From positions 231,775 through 295,774 of the forward strand of contig NMRA01000358.1 of assembly GCA_002633005.1 (NCBI GenBank): DNA of 64,000 bases. The letters run 5' to 3'. The position numbers and the translations under genes are program-made. A model generated the notes under the pieces. It saw only the letters and a list, made by a program, of their open reading frames with translations. It had not been told where the DNA came from and did not search any database. This DNA comes from Phoronis australis (lineage: Eukaryota; Animalia; Phoronida). Of the stretch, positions 1-11,775 are shown piece after piece. Numbering within the stretch: the stretch's first letter is position 1; each line of letters opens with the position of its first letter.

Positions 1-239
1 CTGTTGTGCGTTTTAACTTGTTTTCAAATGAATGTGGTTTAAAGAGAAACTGTTCTCGTTTCATCACCGTGTATGGGAAATTTTGGGACGTGAGTGGAAT
101 TTAAGGGTGCGGGTCTGTGGATTCGTAACGCGTGTTCGGTGACTGCTGGTATAGGATGTAATTGTGTCCACCCCGGGGGCAGTGGTGCTATTGAATCGTA
201 GAGAAACGTTTGATACAGTACGAAAGCATGGAGTTGTGC

Positions 240-302
240 TTAGAGAGAATCGAGTAAGAACAGAGGAGTGATTACATGTACGGGGTTGCTGTATGATACT
301 TG
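240..302 (-). CDS. Gene A candidate terminal exon (uncertain)
   Basis: Good acceptor ttgttttaattctag; phase 0 gives QVSYSNPVHVITPLFLLDSL* (263-aa product). It does not resemble gene B's last exon. Read-through of exon 4 to the stop at 4165, or an exon outside the window, are alternatives. Confidence 0.35.
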   Translation of the reverse strand, partial: QVSYSNPVHVITPLFLLDSL

Positions 303-449
303 CTAGAATTAAAACAATTATAAATATACCTTTCGTGACATAAATGCTCGATTCCACTGACTGCTATGAAATTGGTCTCAAATTGTTCCTTAGTCAAAAT
401 AGGTGTGATTTCGAGACTTAAAGAACAAGAAGTTCGTTATTGCTGGAGA

Positions 450-736
450 CATAGACCATAGACTATAGTACATGTTGTCTATAACAGTGGCAGATCTACG
501 ATTTCAGTAAGGGGGGGGGGTTAGGATTCGAAAGAATCCGAGGCGCGTAGCGCCGAGGAGAAGGAAGGTCGTGAGAGGGTTTCCCTTCTCCCGTGTAAGA
601 TTTTTTGGGATTTTTAGTACCTAATTTCGTTTTTCTGACGATTTTTTTCCAGTTTTTAATTTTGATCCTGTCCCGAGGGGGGGGGGGTTAAACCCCCTGA
701 ACCCCCCCCTGTAGATCCGCCTCTGTATAATCTATG
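450..736. mobile_element. Tiny P-element-like non-autonomous element (hosts the 485-725 MITE)
   Basis: Termini CATAGA...TCTATG flanked by the direct repeat CTGGAGA (443-449 and 737-743). Confidence 0.6.
485..725. mobile_element. MITE with CAGTGGC termini and 5-bp TSD (hAT5-like)
   Basis: TIR CAGTGGCAGATCTAC / GTAGATCCGCCTCTG; TSD TATAA at 480-484 and 726-730. Confidence 0.75.
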
Positions 737-892
737 CTGGAGATTAGGCTAGTTGGCTTGTCGTGAGGAGCATGGTCCTGAGTGATGAGCTGCCAGTTTG
801 GATAACAACGTGAAGAAGGATGGAACGCGGATCTCGGCATTGTTGCCGCTTCTTATGATAGCTTTTTTATTAAAAACGCTAAATATAATACC

Positions 893-1646
893 TTATACCA
901 CATTATCAGCCCGATATGGCCAATATAACCATTAGTTATTTAATTCGTGTTGAGTAACGTTTTGGCGGGAATCTGAGGCCGGATTCGAAACCGCTTTGCT
1001 GAAGTTTCAACCCGTCGACTTCACTGCTGCGCCATTCAGCAGCTGGCGTCATCAGTCTTACGTGACAATAGAATACTTAATGGCGTTGTACGTACATTTA
1101 TACTCTGCGAAAATTAAGACGCACAATTTCAATAAAAACGACATCTTTAATATTAGTAAAAAATTTTCTGTCATTTTCTCTCGCGTGTAAATCACCGTTT
1201 TTCAGTTTAAACGTTGGTAACATGCAGCGTTTGGAATACACGCTGACCGTGTGTCCCGTTGCCAGTAGATTTGGGGCCGGGCTAGTAACTTTTAAAAGTT
1301 AACTTGGCACCCGGGCCAGTAAATGTTCACTGGGCCGGCGGGCCAGCACATTTATTTGCTGAAGTTCGAACACTGGTAACATGTCGGTTTCCTTTGACTT
1401 ATACTCAGCCAGTAACCAGTGGTGACCTACTTTAGCAGACGTTATTTTCACGGTGGAAGCTTAGCATAAGATGCTAATAGTAAGCTAGACTAGTTCAGCC
1501 GTTATCCCCCTTATCTAGAGCCCGAGTGGATTATGTAGAATTATCGCTATCGGGACTAACGCCCCTCGGGCGATAATTCTTCAAAATCCACTCGGGCTCT
1601 AGATTACGGGGGGATAACGACTTCGCCATGTAATAATCTACATTTA
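893..1646 (+). mobile_element. Interspersed element with a 3' long hairpin, copy A (possibly Crypton-type non-autonomous)
   Basis: Colinear with 2863-3727; about 120-bp palindrome at 1500-1619; TTA at both ends. Confidence 0.65.
1225..1375. mobile_element. hAT-type MITE
   Basis: Imperfect TIR CAGCGTTTGGAA / TTCGAACACTG; 8-bp TSD GTAACATG (1217-1224, 1376-1383); absent from the homologous site in the 2863-3727 copy. Confidence 0.8.
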
Positions 1647-1918
1647 CAGTGATTGTTTCTCGTTAATGTTAATTATAAAACGGCGTATTTTATTCCCATG
1701 CAAACAAGTCCGTGAAAAACAGGCTGGATAGGCCTTACTGGATAAACAAAGTGGCCGGTGCTTGAAACGGACTGTTAAAAAAATAGACTATCGCAACTTC
1801 CAAACCCGATTTCGCTTGTACTCGCGGCAGAAGTACAATCTGCCGAGAGTGCCAGATTTAACCGCGCTGAGCATCTGAAGCTATCGCTGGCCAAATGCGT
1901 ATTATACTAAACGTTAAG

Positions 1919-2119
1919 CACGTAAATTACGTGCGTAAGTTAATTCTTGTTAGGGGCGTAAAGTAACTACTTGCGGCATTAAACTTCTGGGTTATTTTGC
2001 GCCGCAAATAATTAATTTACGCTGCAAATAATTACTTTACGTCGCAAATAGTTACTTCACGCTGCAAATAGTTACTTTACCCCTCTAACAAGAATTAATT
2101 TTCGCACGTAGTTTACGTG
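1919..2119. mobile_element. MITE-like foldback element with internal 20-bp tandem repeats
   Basis: About 50-bp inverted ends (CACGTAAATTACGTGCG... / ...CGCACGTAGTTTACGTG) around GCAAATAGTTACTTTACGCT-like units. Confidence 0.65.
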
Positions 2120-2862
2120 TGTAGTTCACCCATTTGGCCAAAGATAAGAAATAGACTTCTAATGATCTTAGACACCTGCTGCTGAAGCACGTGCGCGGCC
2201 TGTACGAGTCTATAGTCGATTTCAGCGCCAATTATACCTCTACGGTAAACACGTGCAGGTGCGCCTGCGGGAATTTCCGATGGTGTGCGTTAGAGTAAAC
2301 ATTTTCAAACCACAAATACGTCATTGATGGCCATAGAACAAAGAAACTGATCAAATTCTGTTGACAAAGGACCGCTTTTTCTAATGGAATACATTTTTTT
2401 CTCAGTTACTGCAATTATTCATGGAAATTTTGCCAAAAATCATTGTTTTGCCCCTTGACATTTCCTGGTAATGTCTTCTTGAGATTGTTGATGGAGAATA
2501 ATGACTACTTTTGGCTGAATCAAGATTTGTAACTATTCCAGAAGTTTACAGTTAAAAGAGTTTTATTCATATTAATTTAATGTGATTCCAGCGAGTCTGG
2601 TCTGCAATTATGAGAAATTGCACATTTCTTTCCCACAAGAAGGTGTTTATACTTTGTCTTGGGACAGATCAGTTGTGAAGTTTCACTAAAAGTATTATTG
2701 TCAGTTTGATATTATGTATCAAATATATGTATGACAATTTGTTAATAGTGAACTCTTATATTTTCATTATCTCTCGTATTTACTAAATTTACTGCTCTAC
2801 GTAACCCAATCAGTGTTTGAAAAAACAAATTTATATATTTTGTTCTGGAAATAAATAAGTAT

Positions 2863-3727
2863 TTATACCACAATATTGGCGTCAAATGGCAGATACAACC
2901 CATAAAGTTATCTCACTAGTGAGATATCGATTTGGCGGGAAACCGAGGACGGAGTCGAAGCCGGGACGTTGAGTTTATTGGTCGCCGACCTTAACCACTA
3001 CACCACGCAGCGGCTGACGTCATCAAGAGTGAAAATAGAATACTTAAATGAGCACGCGCAATAATCGCACGTTCAACAAACCGCATTGTACTGTACGTAT
3101 ACGCTACGAAAAATAAGACACATAATTTCCATAAAAATGATATCTTAATTCAATGAAATATTTCTTTCATGTCCTCTTACTTGTAAATCACCGATCTCCA
3201 GTTTGAATGCGGGTATCGTGTCGTCAGGATCTTTGGCTTGAGAATTATATTCAGTTACCAGTGGTAACCTACTTTAGCAGACGATAATTTCCCGGTCGAA
3301 GCTTAGCGTGAAAAAAACGTGTTTTATGCTATAATAGTTGGTAAACCTTAATTTATAAATTCAGTTTATTTCTATTATATTTAAGTTTTCAATTGGTTTT
3401 GAGTAAAAGCATTATTTGACAAAAATAGCCCGGCTTTTCTTAAAAGGTCACGACCTCCGACCCCGGGCCTCTGACATAGAAAGTAGTTACAAAGCCGTGG
3501 AGAGTCAGAAAAGGTAAATCGATTCATTGCAATGTTTCTCGTTTAGTATGTGGTATAAATAGATTATTACATGTTCTCAGCCGTTATCCCCCTTATCTAG
3601 AGCCCTCGTGGATTTTGAAGAATTATCACCCTCGGGGCTAACGCCCCTCGGGCGATAATTCTCCAAAATCCACTCGGGCTCTAGATAACGGGGGATAACG
3701 ACTTCGCCATGTAATAATCTATATTTA
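2863..3727 (+). mobile_element. Interspersed element with a 3' long hairpin, copy B
   Basis: TTTATACCACA...TGTGGTATAAAT inverted pair followed by an approximately 170-bp hairpin at 3558-3726. A third fragment lies at 22824-22908. Confidence 0.7.
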
Positions 3728-4224
3728 TCTCGTATTTCTCATTATTATCTAATCTCGTATCTTATATCATTTGATTTCTTATATTGTTGCACTGTATTTG
3801 GATTATGTTAATATTTAACGAGGTATTAGCACAGGTAACGACAAGCATCTGGGTACGAATAAGGCCACATTACCCCCCCCCCCTCTAGAAAAGGGTGTTC
3901 CACGAATTATATTTTCTTAAGAATTTTGACATGTTATAGAACAGCTCAATACCTTTCTTTGGTATATAATTTATAAATTTTCCATTTTGTTTTGGGTTAC
4001 ACCCCTTATGAGCACAAATCGCCCGGTAAAAGTAATTAAATGAATCGGTAGAAGAAATGATATTTTAGTGTTATTGCAGTTTAAACAATATCGGACAGTT
4101 AGCAAATACCCAGTGGTACGATGACGTCACGTGCTGGCTATAAGTAAAGCCTTTGGGTAATGTGTCAGATTTTTGTTGAGGGAAAACTGCGGCTAGTGAA
4201 GCCTGTACGCCGCCGTAGACGTAC

Positions 4225-4512
4225 CTTTGTCTGTGTGTCTATACGGGCCCAGTCAGGCAAGAACGTGACTTTCACTGGTTGGTGAGAGTATCTTCTGCTG
4301 CCGATTGACCTGGATAACCGTCGATGTGAGTGGCGTTTGTTAGAGTCACCGATCGAATTGGATGATCGTTGACTAGAGCGTCGTGCTTGGGAGTGACTGG
4401 TCGAACCGGATGACCGTCGATGAGAGAGGCGTGTTCCTGGGTCATTAATCGATTTGGATGACCGTCGACTAGAGTGACGTTTTCGAGAGTCGCCTCTTTT
4501 ACTGGAATATCT
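4225..4512 (-). CDS. Gene A exon 4: Arg/Ser/His-rich 16-aa repeats plus the conserved FxPxxxxIDTxTK motif
   Basis: Acceptor ttcttctggtag, 96 open codons, phase 0/0, donor AAG|GTACGT. Ends PVKVTFLPDWARIDTQTK versus PAEVTFVPNLAKLDTETK in gene B exon 4. Confidence 0.82.
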
Positions 4513-6263
4513 CTACCAGAAGAAAATACCAGGTATTCACAATTTCAACTGAACATGGCAGCGATCAGCGCAAATACATACATGTACATCTTCATGACGT
4601 AATCATTTATCATTTCCTTTTTGTTTTTTACAACATTAGCTATTTAAAAAAACGTTTTTCATTGATAGGCGCTCAAGGTCTTATTCGCATGCCTGCGAAT
4701 GTAGCCTGAGAATAGGTCTTCACCTAGCACATATTTAGACCCATGCGCTTCTGTGTTATTGCATATATGTCAACCATTTTTTGTTCTAACCATGTCAACT
4801 TTTGTAAAAAAAACATAGCACTGACGAAAACGAGTCAAAAAATTGTCAAATGCATTGCATGTACCAGCTTTCCTATTAGGGTTCTTGCACCTAGTAATTG
4901 TGAGTGTTGTTATACTCCTTGGCAACTCATTTTGCCTTGTCTAGGAAGGCTCGTGAAATGAAATTATTTCAACAAAAGAGATTGCCAGTAAAAGCCAAAT
5001 CGAAGGTTTAAAAACGTTATCGTGAACATCGGCAAAAATGCGTACTAATTACCGAAAAATACGAAGCATTTTGGCGCTACGCCGTAGCACTACAGAAACG
5101 GCAAAAATGTGTAGGAAATGCTCAATTCCAGTGCTGGTTGACAACGGTATGGCATTGAAGTTGCGCCTAAATTCAGAATACCACGTGCACGCGTCTGTAG
5201 GTAGAATAGGCCAACTTGAGCTCAAATTCGAGAGCAGGTTTTAAAATACCACTTTTAAGTGACGTTTGACTTGTAAATTTTACAACAAAAACCAACGCGA
5301 AGCGTATAATGGCGCCCACGACTGCATCGCAAGCGGTGTATATTTAGGGGTGTTAATGTAGTATCGCAAAAATGGGCATTAGATGGCGCAGAATATGTCC
5401 AACCCGAAAATGGGAAGGTGTCGTCGTCTCCCGAATAGAAAATTTTCTGTCAAATTTTATGAAAATACACAGGCAAACGTGTTTAAAAATTGCCTTTAGG
5501 AGACACGATGGTAGTCGAATCCGCCCATCTGTGGTCACGTTACAAGGAATAGTCTTGTCAATTTTCCAAAAGACCTCGCAAGGGTTTTAAAGATACAACT
5601 ATAGATGTACAAATGCCATTGGGGGCAGAACAATTGTTGAGCCTACGTGAAAACCCTAGTGAGTCTTCAGTCATGGGTTCACCCAGGAAGGTCTCGGGGG
5701 GGCTCCAATTTGGCGAATTGGGCAAAAAGGTCCGCCTCAATGAAAAAAGTCCGAGTAAACAACACATAAGTCCACAAAGGACACACGAAATCGGTGCAGA
5801 TGCACAATTTGGCCTGAAACTAGTGGCCCAGTTTTTTTAGACCTCGTTGATTTTGTTCAGTAAAAGGTCCCCATGATGAGAAATTTATTTGAGCCCCCCC
5901 TAAATCTTAGGCTGGTTGCGGGCATGTCAGTAGACACAAATCTTGTCAAATTTCATAACGATCCTATACAGATGCAGATGAGGACAGCCGTCTGCGTCTA
6001 CTGAGGCACATGCCACTTTGACACGTGTACGTGAGTGTTACAATATTTCTGAAAAATATTGATACCAAATGGACGTATCGGTTACAGAATGGCGATGTAC
6101 TAAGAAATAAATCGCACTTTTTCTTGACGACTTAAGACGACTACGGTCCTTGTAAAGGGCTCTTTTGAGCACTGACGAGGCTGAACCTTGTTGGAAATGT
6201 TTCTGCTCAAATTGTACTTGTTTCTTATTGTTGAGATGGCTCTTGTTGTTTTCGAGTACTTAC

Positions 6264-6351
6264 TAGAGTTATGAAGTTTGGAGCATCTGATGAGATGCTA
6301 CTCAGGCTCTGGCAAGTGTCGTCTATTTCACCAAGCTCTATCGACCCACTG
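6264..6351 (-). CDS. Gene A exon 3: cytoplasmic tail
   Basis: Acceptor ctggtttccag, phase 2 in and phase 0 out (CTA|GTAAGT). Reads SSGSIELGEIDDTCQSLSSISSDAPNFITL; EIDDTC matches ELDNTC in gene B exon 3. Confidence 0.78.
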
Positions 6352-6424
6352 CTGGAAACCAGGAGAGTTGGATGTCAAATGTTGATGCATTGTGGAACTC
6401 CGTTAAAGTAACATCATAGGTTAA

Positions 6425-8101
6425 AGGAGCATGCCACCCAAAAAACAACCTAATTTGTATCAATTTAGATCGAGTAGTTCTACTCCATAACGACACGTAC
6501 GGTTGCGTTACCTGACACCTGACGGCAGACGGAGGTGTTGAAATTATCCAATGACGTCATCGGTTTCATACGCAGTTCAGCAGTTCACAACACGGGTTAC
6601 TGGTGTCAGCTTATCGCTTGAAGTCATCATTTAACACTAATAAATCATCAACTTCGATGTAAAACCCTTAAAAATACACCGAGTTCTTATAAGAACGTGT
6701 TTTATTTCGCTCTTACGGATTTATTGGTATTTGGACACACCGTAGCCTACAGTTAGTTCGGCAGGCCAATAAGCTCCATAGCAGGAGTTTGGAGTCTGTT
6801 CGGAGATAATTTCGAAGTGTTTTCCGTGAGATACAGTTAGGAGAACCTAGATCTGTGTTGTTTAGACTTGTGATTTTTTGATTTCTAAACACAAAACGCT
6901 TGTTATCCTGGCCAGTGGCTCGGAGCCCGATCAGGCCCCTCGCGGCCGGCCGGATTGACTCATTTTCCCGGCCAGTGGCTCGGAAACTGATCAGACATCA
7001 CGAACATAAACCAGCCAAAGTTCAGTGGAAACTAAACTGGCAGTCAAGAAAAAAATACTATACTAGTGTGCCAAAGTAATGTGCACCTGATTATGTTGGT
7101 GAATTAGCCACGAAACTGCAAATCTACTAGTACTCGTCGGGGGCCGCGAATTCAGGTTCCGCTTTGGCCACAGCATTGAGGGCAGAAGTTGTACATTGAC
7201 AATCATTATTTGAGTAATGTAAAATGAAATAAAGATTCCCATAACACCTGGCCGTGGGATTGAAATTGAGTTGTTTCACAACAGTTTCTCAGGCTGCCAG
7301 CATACACTACGAGCTCACACGGCCTCGGTGTCCCGTCAATTAGTTTTATTGCACCCGCTAAAGCCGGAAGCGCAGTGATTTATTCATTGCTGGCTTCTCA
7401 AATCATTTCCACTCACGAACACTACAAAGGCATTAGAAACTGCATCTAATGAGATGGACTTTGTTTCAGTTTTATATAAGTATTGGTTAGGGTGAGAATA
7501 ATTCATTTTGAAACAGAACGCTCAGTAATAAACGTCAACATGGCAACTCGCAATCCCGACTTAGGACGAGCTAGAGCTCATCAGTCCTGACTTCGCAGGT
7601 GGATCGCTTAGTTTTACTGGCTATCAATTCGAACAGGAATACAGTGATGAAGAAATGCTAGAGAGGCGCCGTGAACAAGCTCAGACAACGGAACGTATGG
7701 AGTTATCTGATAAGCCGGCATTCGTCAGGCACTGTCGACGTCTGCAGGCCACAGACACGGAGATGTTTCACGGCCTCATACTTGCTATTTACAGTGTACA
7801 TTTCATTCTCCACTACCATGAGCCACTTCCTAAGCATTTCGGACTTTCGAGGAAGTAAAAAAAAAAACGTTATACCCGCTTTCCTCGCAGCTGCTTAGTT
7901 CGGACAAGCGGGAACGATGCACCGCAACGTAGTGGCATTCACTCTACAAATGAACCACTGACGTCGCTAGCGTCGTTTCTCACCTTCCTCACAGGTTAAC
8001 GCGACACCTCTTGGCAAGGTAAGGTCGACCGTATACGAGGCGAAGGGGATATAGACCGATTAAGACGGCAAAAGACTAATTAAATCGAGTGGCATTCTCC
8101 T
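6425..8101 (+). mobile_element. Non-autonomous Kolobok-type DNA transposon, copy 1 (intron 2 of gene A)
   Basis: TTAA|AGGAGCATGCCAC...GTGGCATTCTCCT|TTAA; colinear along its length with 9612-11217. Confidence 0.85.
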
Positions 8102-9611
8102 TTAAGAGACATATGATATCAGCTATTAGGCCGTGGGTAATAGGTCATGGGAGACTTATAAAGGCATCCCTGTTACTCTTTTTGGGGACAATGTTTTTGC
8201 CATCACAAACTACTTACTAGCATGACATGTTCAAAATCAATGAAATTAGATGTCCCTATGGCGTGATACTGCAAATTATTCCTCGGTTGACATCTAGCCG
8301 TAAAACACACACACAGTTTTATTTTTTACATAAAATGCAAATTAAGGAAATTTCTGAATTCATGAATGTCACCGGGTGGTCTAAGCTGGAACTATTATTG
8401 CAAACATTTTAATATTGTCATTGACGTTGTAAAGAGAAATATGTTAAGAAACTCACTATCTTGACTTCATAGGGCCCATTTTCAGTGTTAGTGAACAACA
8501 GACGATGATTCGTCTCGTCAATCCGGCCCTACTTGGTGAAGTTATCCCCCCGTATTACTCCGGTGTTTCTGGTGAGATTCTTGCACCAAGATTGTGTAAC
8601 AGGCTGGTAACTACAATGCATTCAAGTTTCGGTGTGTTCAAGAGTACCAGAGTGTAACTGCTCCGAATTTAGAATTGCTTTTTTACAAAAAAATAATCTC
8701 TGGTAATTGTTTCCACATGCAGCCTCTGTTAGCATTGCAGTATAATGGTGAACATATCGAAAACGAGCCCATTTGGTCGAATTTTTACTATTCTAAATTA
8801 CGATCTGACTTCTATGCGCATTTCAACATTTTAAACTGTTTCTTGTTTCTCTCCTTTTCTGTATATATTCTGAGATGAACATTTCAAGTGTTTTTCAATG
8901 AGTTCAGTTGCATGCTGGCCACTTTTGGATTGCCTTAGTTCTATTTCCCCGATTCTATGTTGGCGTTTATTTAAAACGTTTTCTACATTTTAGTGTTATG
9001 GCTTAAAAGGAAAAAAATAACCGTACCGCATTCCATGAAATGGAGATTGTGTTATGTTGTTGTAAAATAAATTAAGTTGATTTCAACTAAAGAAGACAAG
9101 AAATTTCTTCTCTAATAGGTCTTCTGAATTAGGTCACGTTTAACATCAGGTACTACACTTGGATTTGCCTATTGTTTAGTATGACGTCGTTGTGAAATGC
9201 GATGTCGCGCGATGTTATTCGATACTAAACTAACAAAAACGCGAAATAAGTGTTTTGTCGAACCCCCGTAACTGCCGGTTTTTAGGTTGCAAGACATTTT
9301 TAAATCCGTAATTCATGAAACTTTTAAACAATTACCGAAGGGATGGGCGTAGATACAGCTTTCGACGGGCAACCGGGATAACATGGAAGACCAGTCAACC
9401 CTTGGAGGGGCTTCCCGAGAAATTTCATAAGTTGTTCGTTTAAACGTGAATTCTGGTTCATTTCACTGTTAGCTTGTCAAGGTTTATGAGCTAACTTGCA
9501 CTCCAAAATTTCTTCACTAAGAAACAGTCTGAGAGCAATTTCATAACGGCCAGTGGTCTAAATGAAAAATTTGCTTGTGAAGGAAGGCGGGTTTATACTA
9601 AGCTGCCTTAA

Positions 9612-11217
9612 AGGAGCATGCCACCCAAAAACAACCTAATTTGTATAAATTTAGATCGAGTAGTTCTACTCGATAACTGCACGTACGGTTGCGCTACCTA
9701 ACTCCTGACGGCAGAGGGAGGTGTTGAATTATCCAATGACGTAATTGGTTTCACACGCAGTCTGTTCAGCAGTTCACAACACGGGTTACTGGTGTCAGCT
9801 TATCGCTTGGATTCATCGTTTAACACCAATAAATCATCAAACTTCGATGTAAAACCCTTAAAAATACACCGAGTTCTTATAAAAACGTGTTGTTTTATTT
9901 CGCTGTTACGGATTCATTGGTATTTGGACACCGACACCGTAGCCTACAGAGTTCGGCAGGCAAGGTCCGTAGCAGGAGTTCGGGGTCTGTTCGGAGATAA
10001 ATTCGAAGTATTTTTCCGTGAGATACAAACAGGAGAACCTAGATTTGTTTTGTTTAAACTTTTTGAGTTCTAAACTCACAAAACGCTTGTTATCCTGGCC
10101 AGTGGCTCGGAGCCCGATCAGGCCCGTCGCGGCCGGACCTGGCTCGTTATCCCGGCCAGTGGCTCGGAAACCGGCGGGACTGAAGACATCACGAACATAA
10201 ATCAGCCAAAGTTGGAAACTAAGCTTCCAGTCAAGAAAATACTATACTAGTGAGCCAAAGAAGTAATGTGCACGTGATTTTGTTGGTGAATTAGCCACGA
10301 AACTGCAAATCTACTTACTCGACCGTCGGGGGCTGCGAATTCAGGTTTCGCTTTAGCAACAGAACCGTCAGGGTAGAAGTTGTACATTGAAAATCTTTAT
10401 TTGAATAATGTAAATGTAGGATTCCCCTAACCCCTGGACGTAGGATAGAAATCGAGTTGTTGCACAACAGTCTCTGTCAGCAAACACTGAATTCATGAGC
10501 TCACACGACCTCGGTGTCCCGTCAGTTAGCTTCTCAAATCATTTGCACTCACAAGCACTCCAAAGGCATTACAAATTGCATCTAATGAGACAGACCTTGT
10601 TTCAGTTTTATATTGGTTAGGGTGATAATGATTCATTTTGAAACAAAACGCTCAGTAATAAAAGTCAATATGCCAAGTGGCAACTCGCAATCCCGACTTA
10701 GACGAGAGCTCATCCCGAGGAGGACTTCGCAGGTGGATCGTTAAGTTTCACAGGCTATCAGTTCGAACCGGTACAATGATAAAGAAATACTAGAGAGGCG
10801 CCGTGAACAAGCTTAGGCAACGGAACGTATGGATAGCTTTTGGTAAGCCGGCATGTCGACGACTGCAGGCCACAGACACGGAGATGTTTCACGGCCTCAT
10901 ACTTGCTATTTTACAGCATATTTTTCATTCTTTACTACTGCGAGCCACTTCCTAAGCATTTCGAACTCTCTAGGAAGTCGAAAAAACGATATACCTGCTT
11001 TTCTCGCAGCTGCATAGTTCGGACAAGCGGGAACGATGCACCGCAACATAGCGGCATTCACTCTGCAAATGAACCACTGACGTCGCTGCGTCGTTTCTCA
11101 CCTTCCTTACATGTTAACGCGACACCTCTCGGCAAGGTAAGGTCGACCGTATGCGAGGCGATGTGGATATAGACCGATTAAGACGGCAAAAAAGACTAAA
11201 TCGGGTGACATTCTCCT
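9612..11217 (+). mobile_element. Non-autonomous Kolobok-type DNA transposon, copy 2 (intron 2 of gene A)
   Basis: TTAA|AGGAGCATGCCACCC...GGGTGACATTCTCCT|TTAA; same orientation as copy 1. Confidence 0.85.
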
Positions 11218-11634
11218 TTAATAGAATCTCAGTCGTGTCACACCAAGTGAAGGAATCCCGACATCACGGAGTCTTTATAAGTAGCTGTTATTGCGATGTC
11301 CTGTATATAACGATCTTCGCCAATATACTAACCTGCTACCAGAAATAGTCGACGATACGTTTGTAAATACAATGAAAAAGTAACACTGAAGAGTTATAAC
11401 TGTTCTTAAAAGAAGCCCGAGTAAATTTTTATGAAAATCTGAAGACGCGAATCTGTTCTCAAAATTTAAAATGTGTGGGCGTGTGTATATAACTGCTTTT
11501 ATATTATGCTGTGTTTAATGGACAGTGGCCTTCTTACCTGAAAATAAATTGAATGATTCAAGGTAACGTCTATTACCGAGTAAAACAATTCTTAAGTCAT
11601 AGGCTCTGTGATCTGGATGAAAAGTGGCGCTTAC

Positions 11635-11775
11635 CTGTGTTTGTTCCGTTTCACCATCAGAGCAGGCACAGAGACCAGAAAAGCGGCCACCAGTGCACCA
11701 CAAGGAATACCTATGAGCAGCAGACCTACCTCCCACTCTGCATAGCACTTGTTGAAAATGTCCACTGCCTGGCAT
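11635..11775 (-). CDS. Gene A exon 2: EGF Cys5-6, transmembrane helix, basic stop-transfer
   Basis: Acceptor ttctttacag, phase 2 matching exon 1. Reads (R)CQAVDIFNKCYAEWEVGLLLIGIPCGALVAAFLVSVPALMVKRNKH, donor AG|GTAAGC. Confidence 0.88.

Noticed and set aside
64-357. 97-aa minus-strand ORF as a stand-alone secreted protein
   Set aside because: It starts at GTG, and its hydrophobic stretch is the AT-rich polypyrimidine tract of a splice acceptor; at most it is part of a terminal exon.
3380-3483. Minus-strand FLCQRPGV as the missing FxIxRP last exon of gene A
   Set aside because: No AG acceptor precedes it, and it lies inside an interspersed repeat.
4270-4511. Alternative open frame of gene A exon 4 (DGHP repeats, about 80 codons)
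   Set aside because: Wrong phase for exon 3; repeat substitutions are non-synonymous in this frame; it does not reach the motif shared with gene B.
6100-6180. Possible alternative terminal exon after gene A exon 3 (PRQCSKEPF...)
   Set aside because: Poor polypyrimidine tract and no counterpart in gene B, whereas the 4225-4512 exon is clearly homologous.
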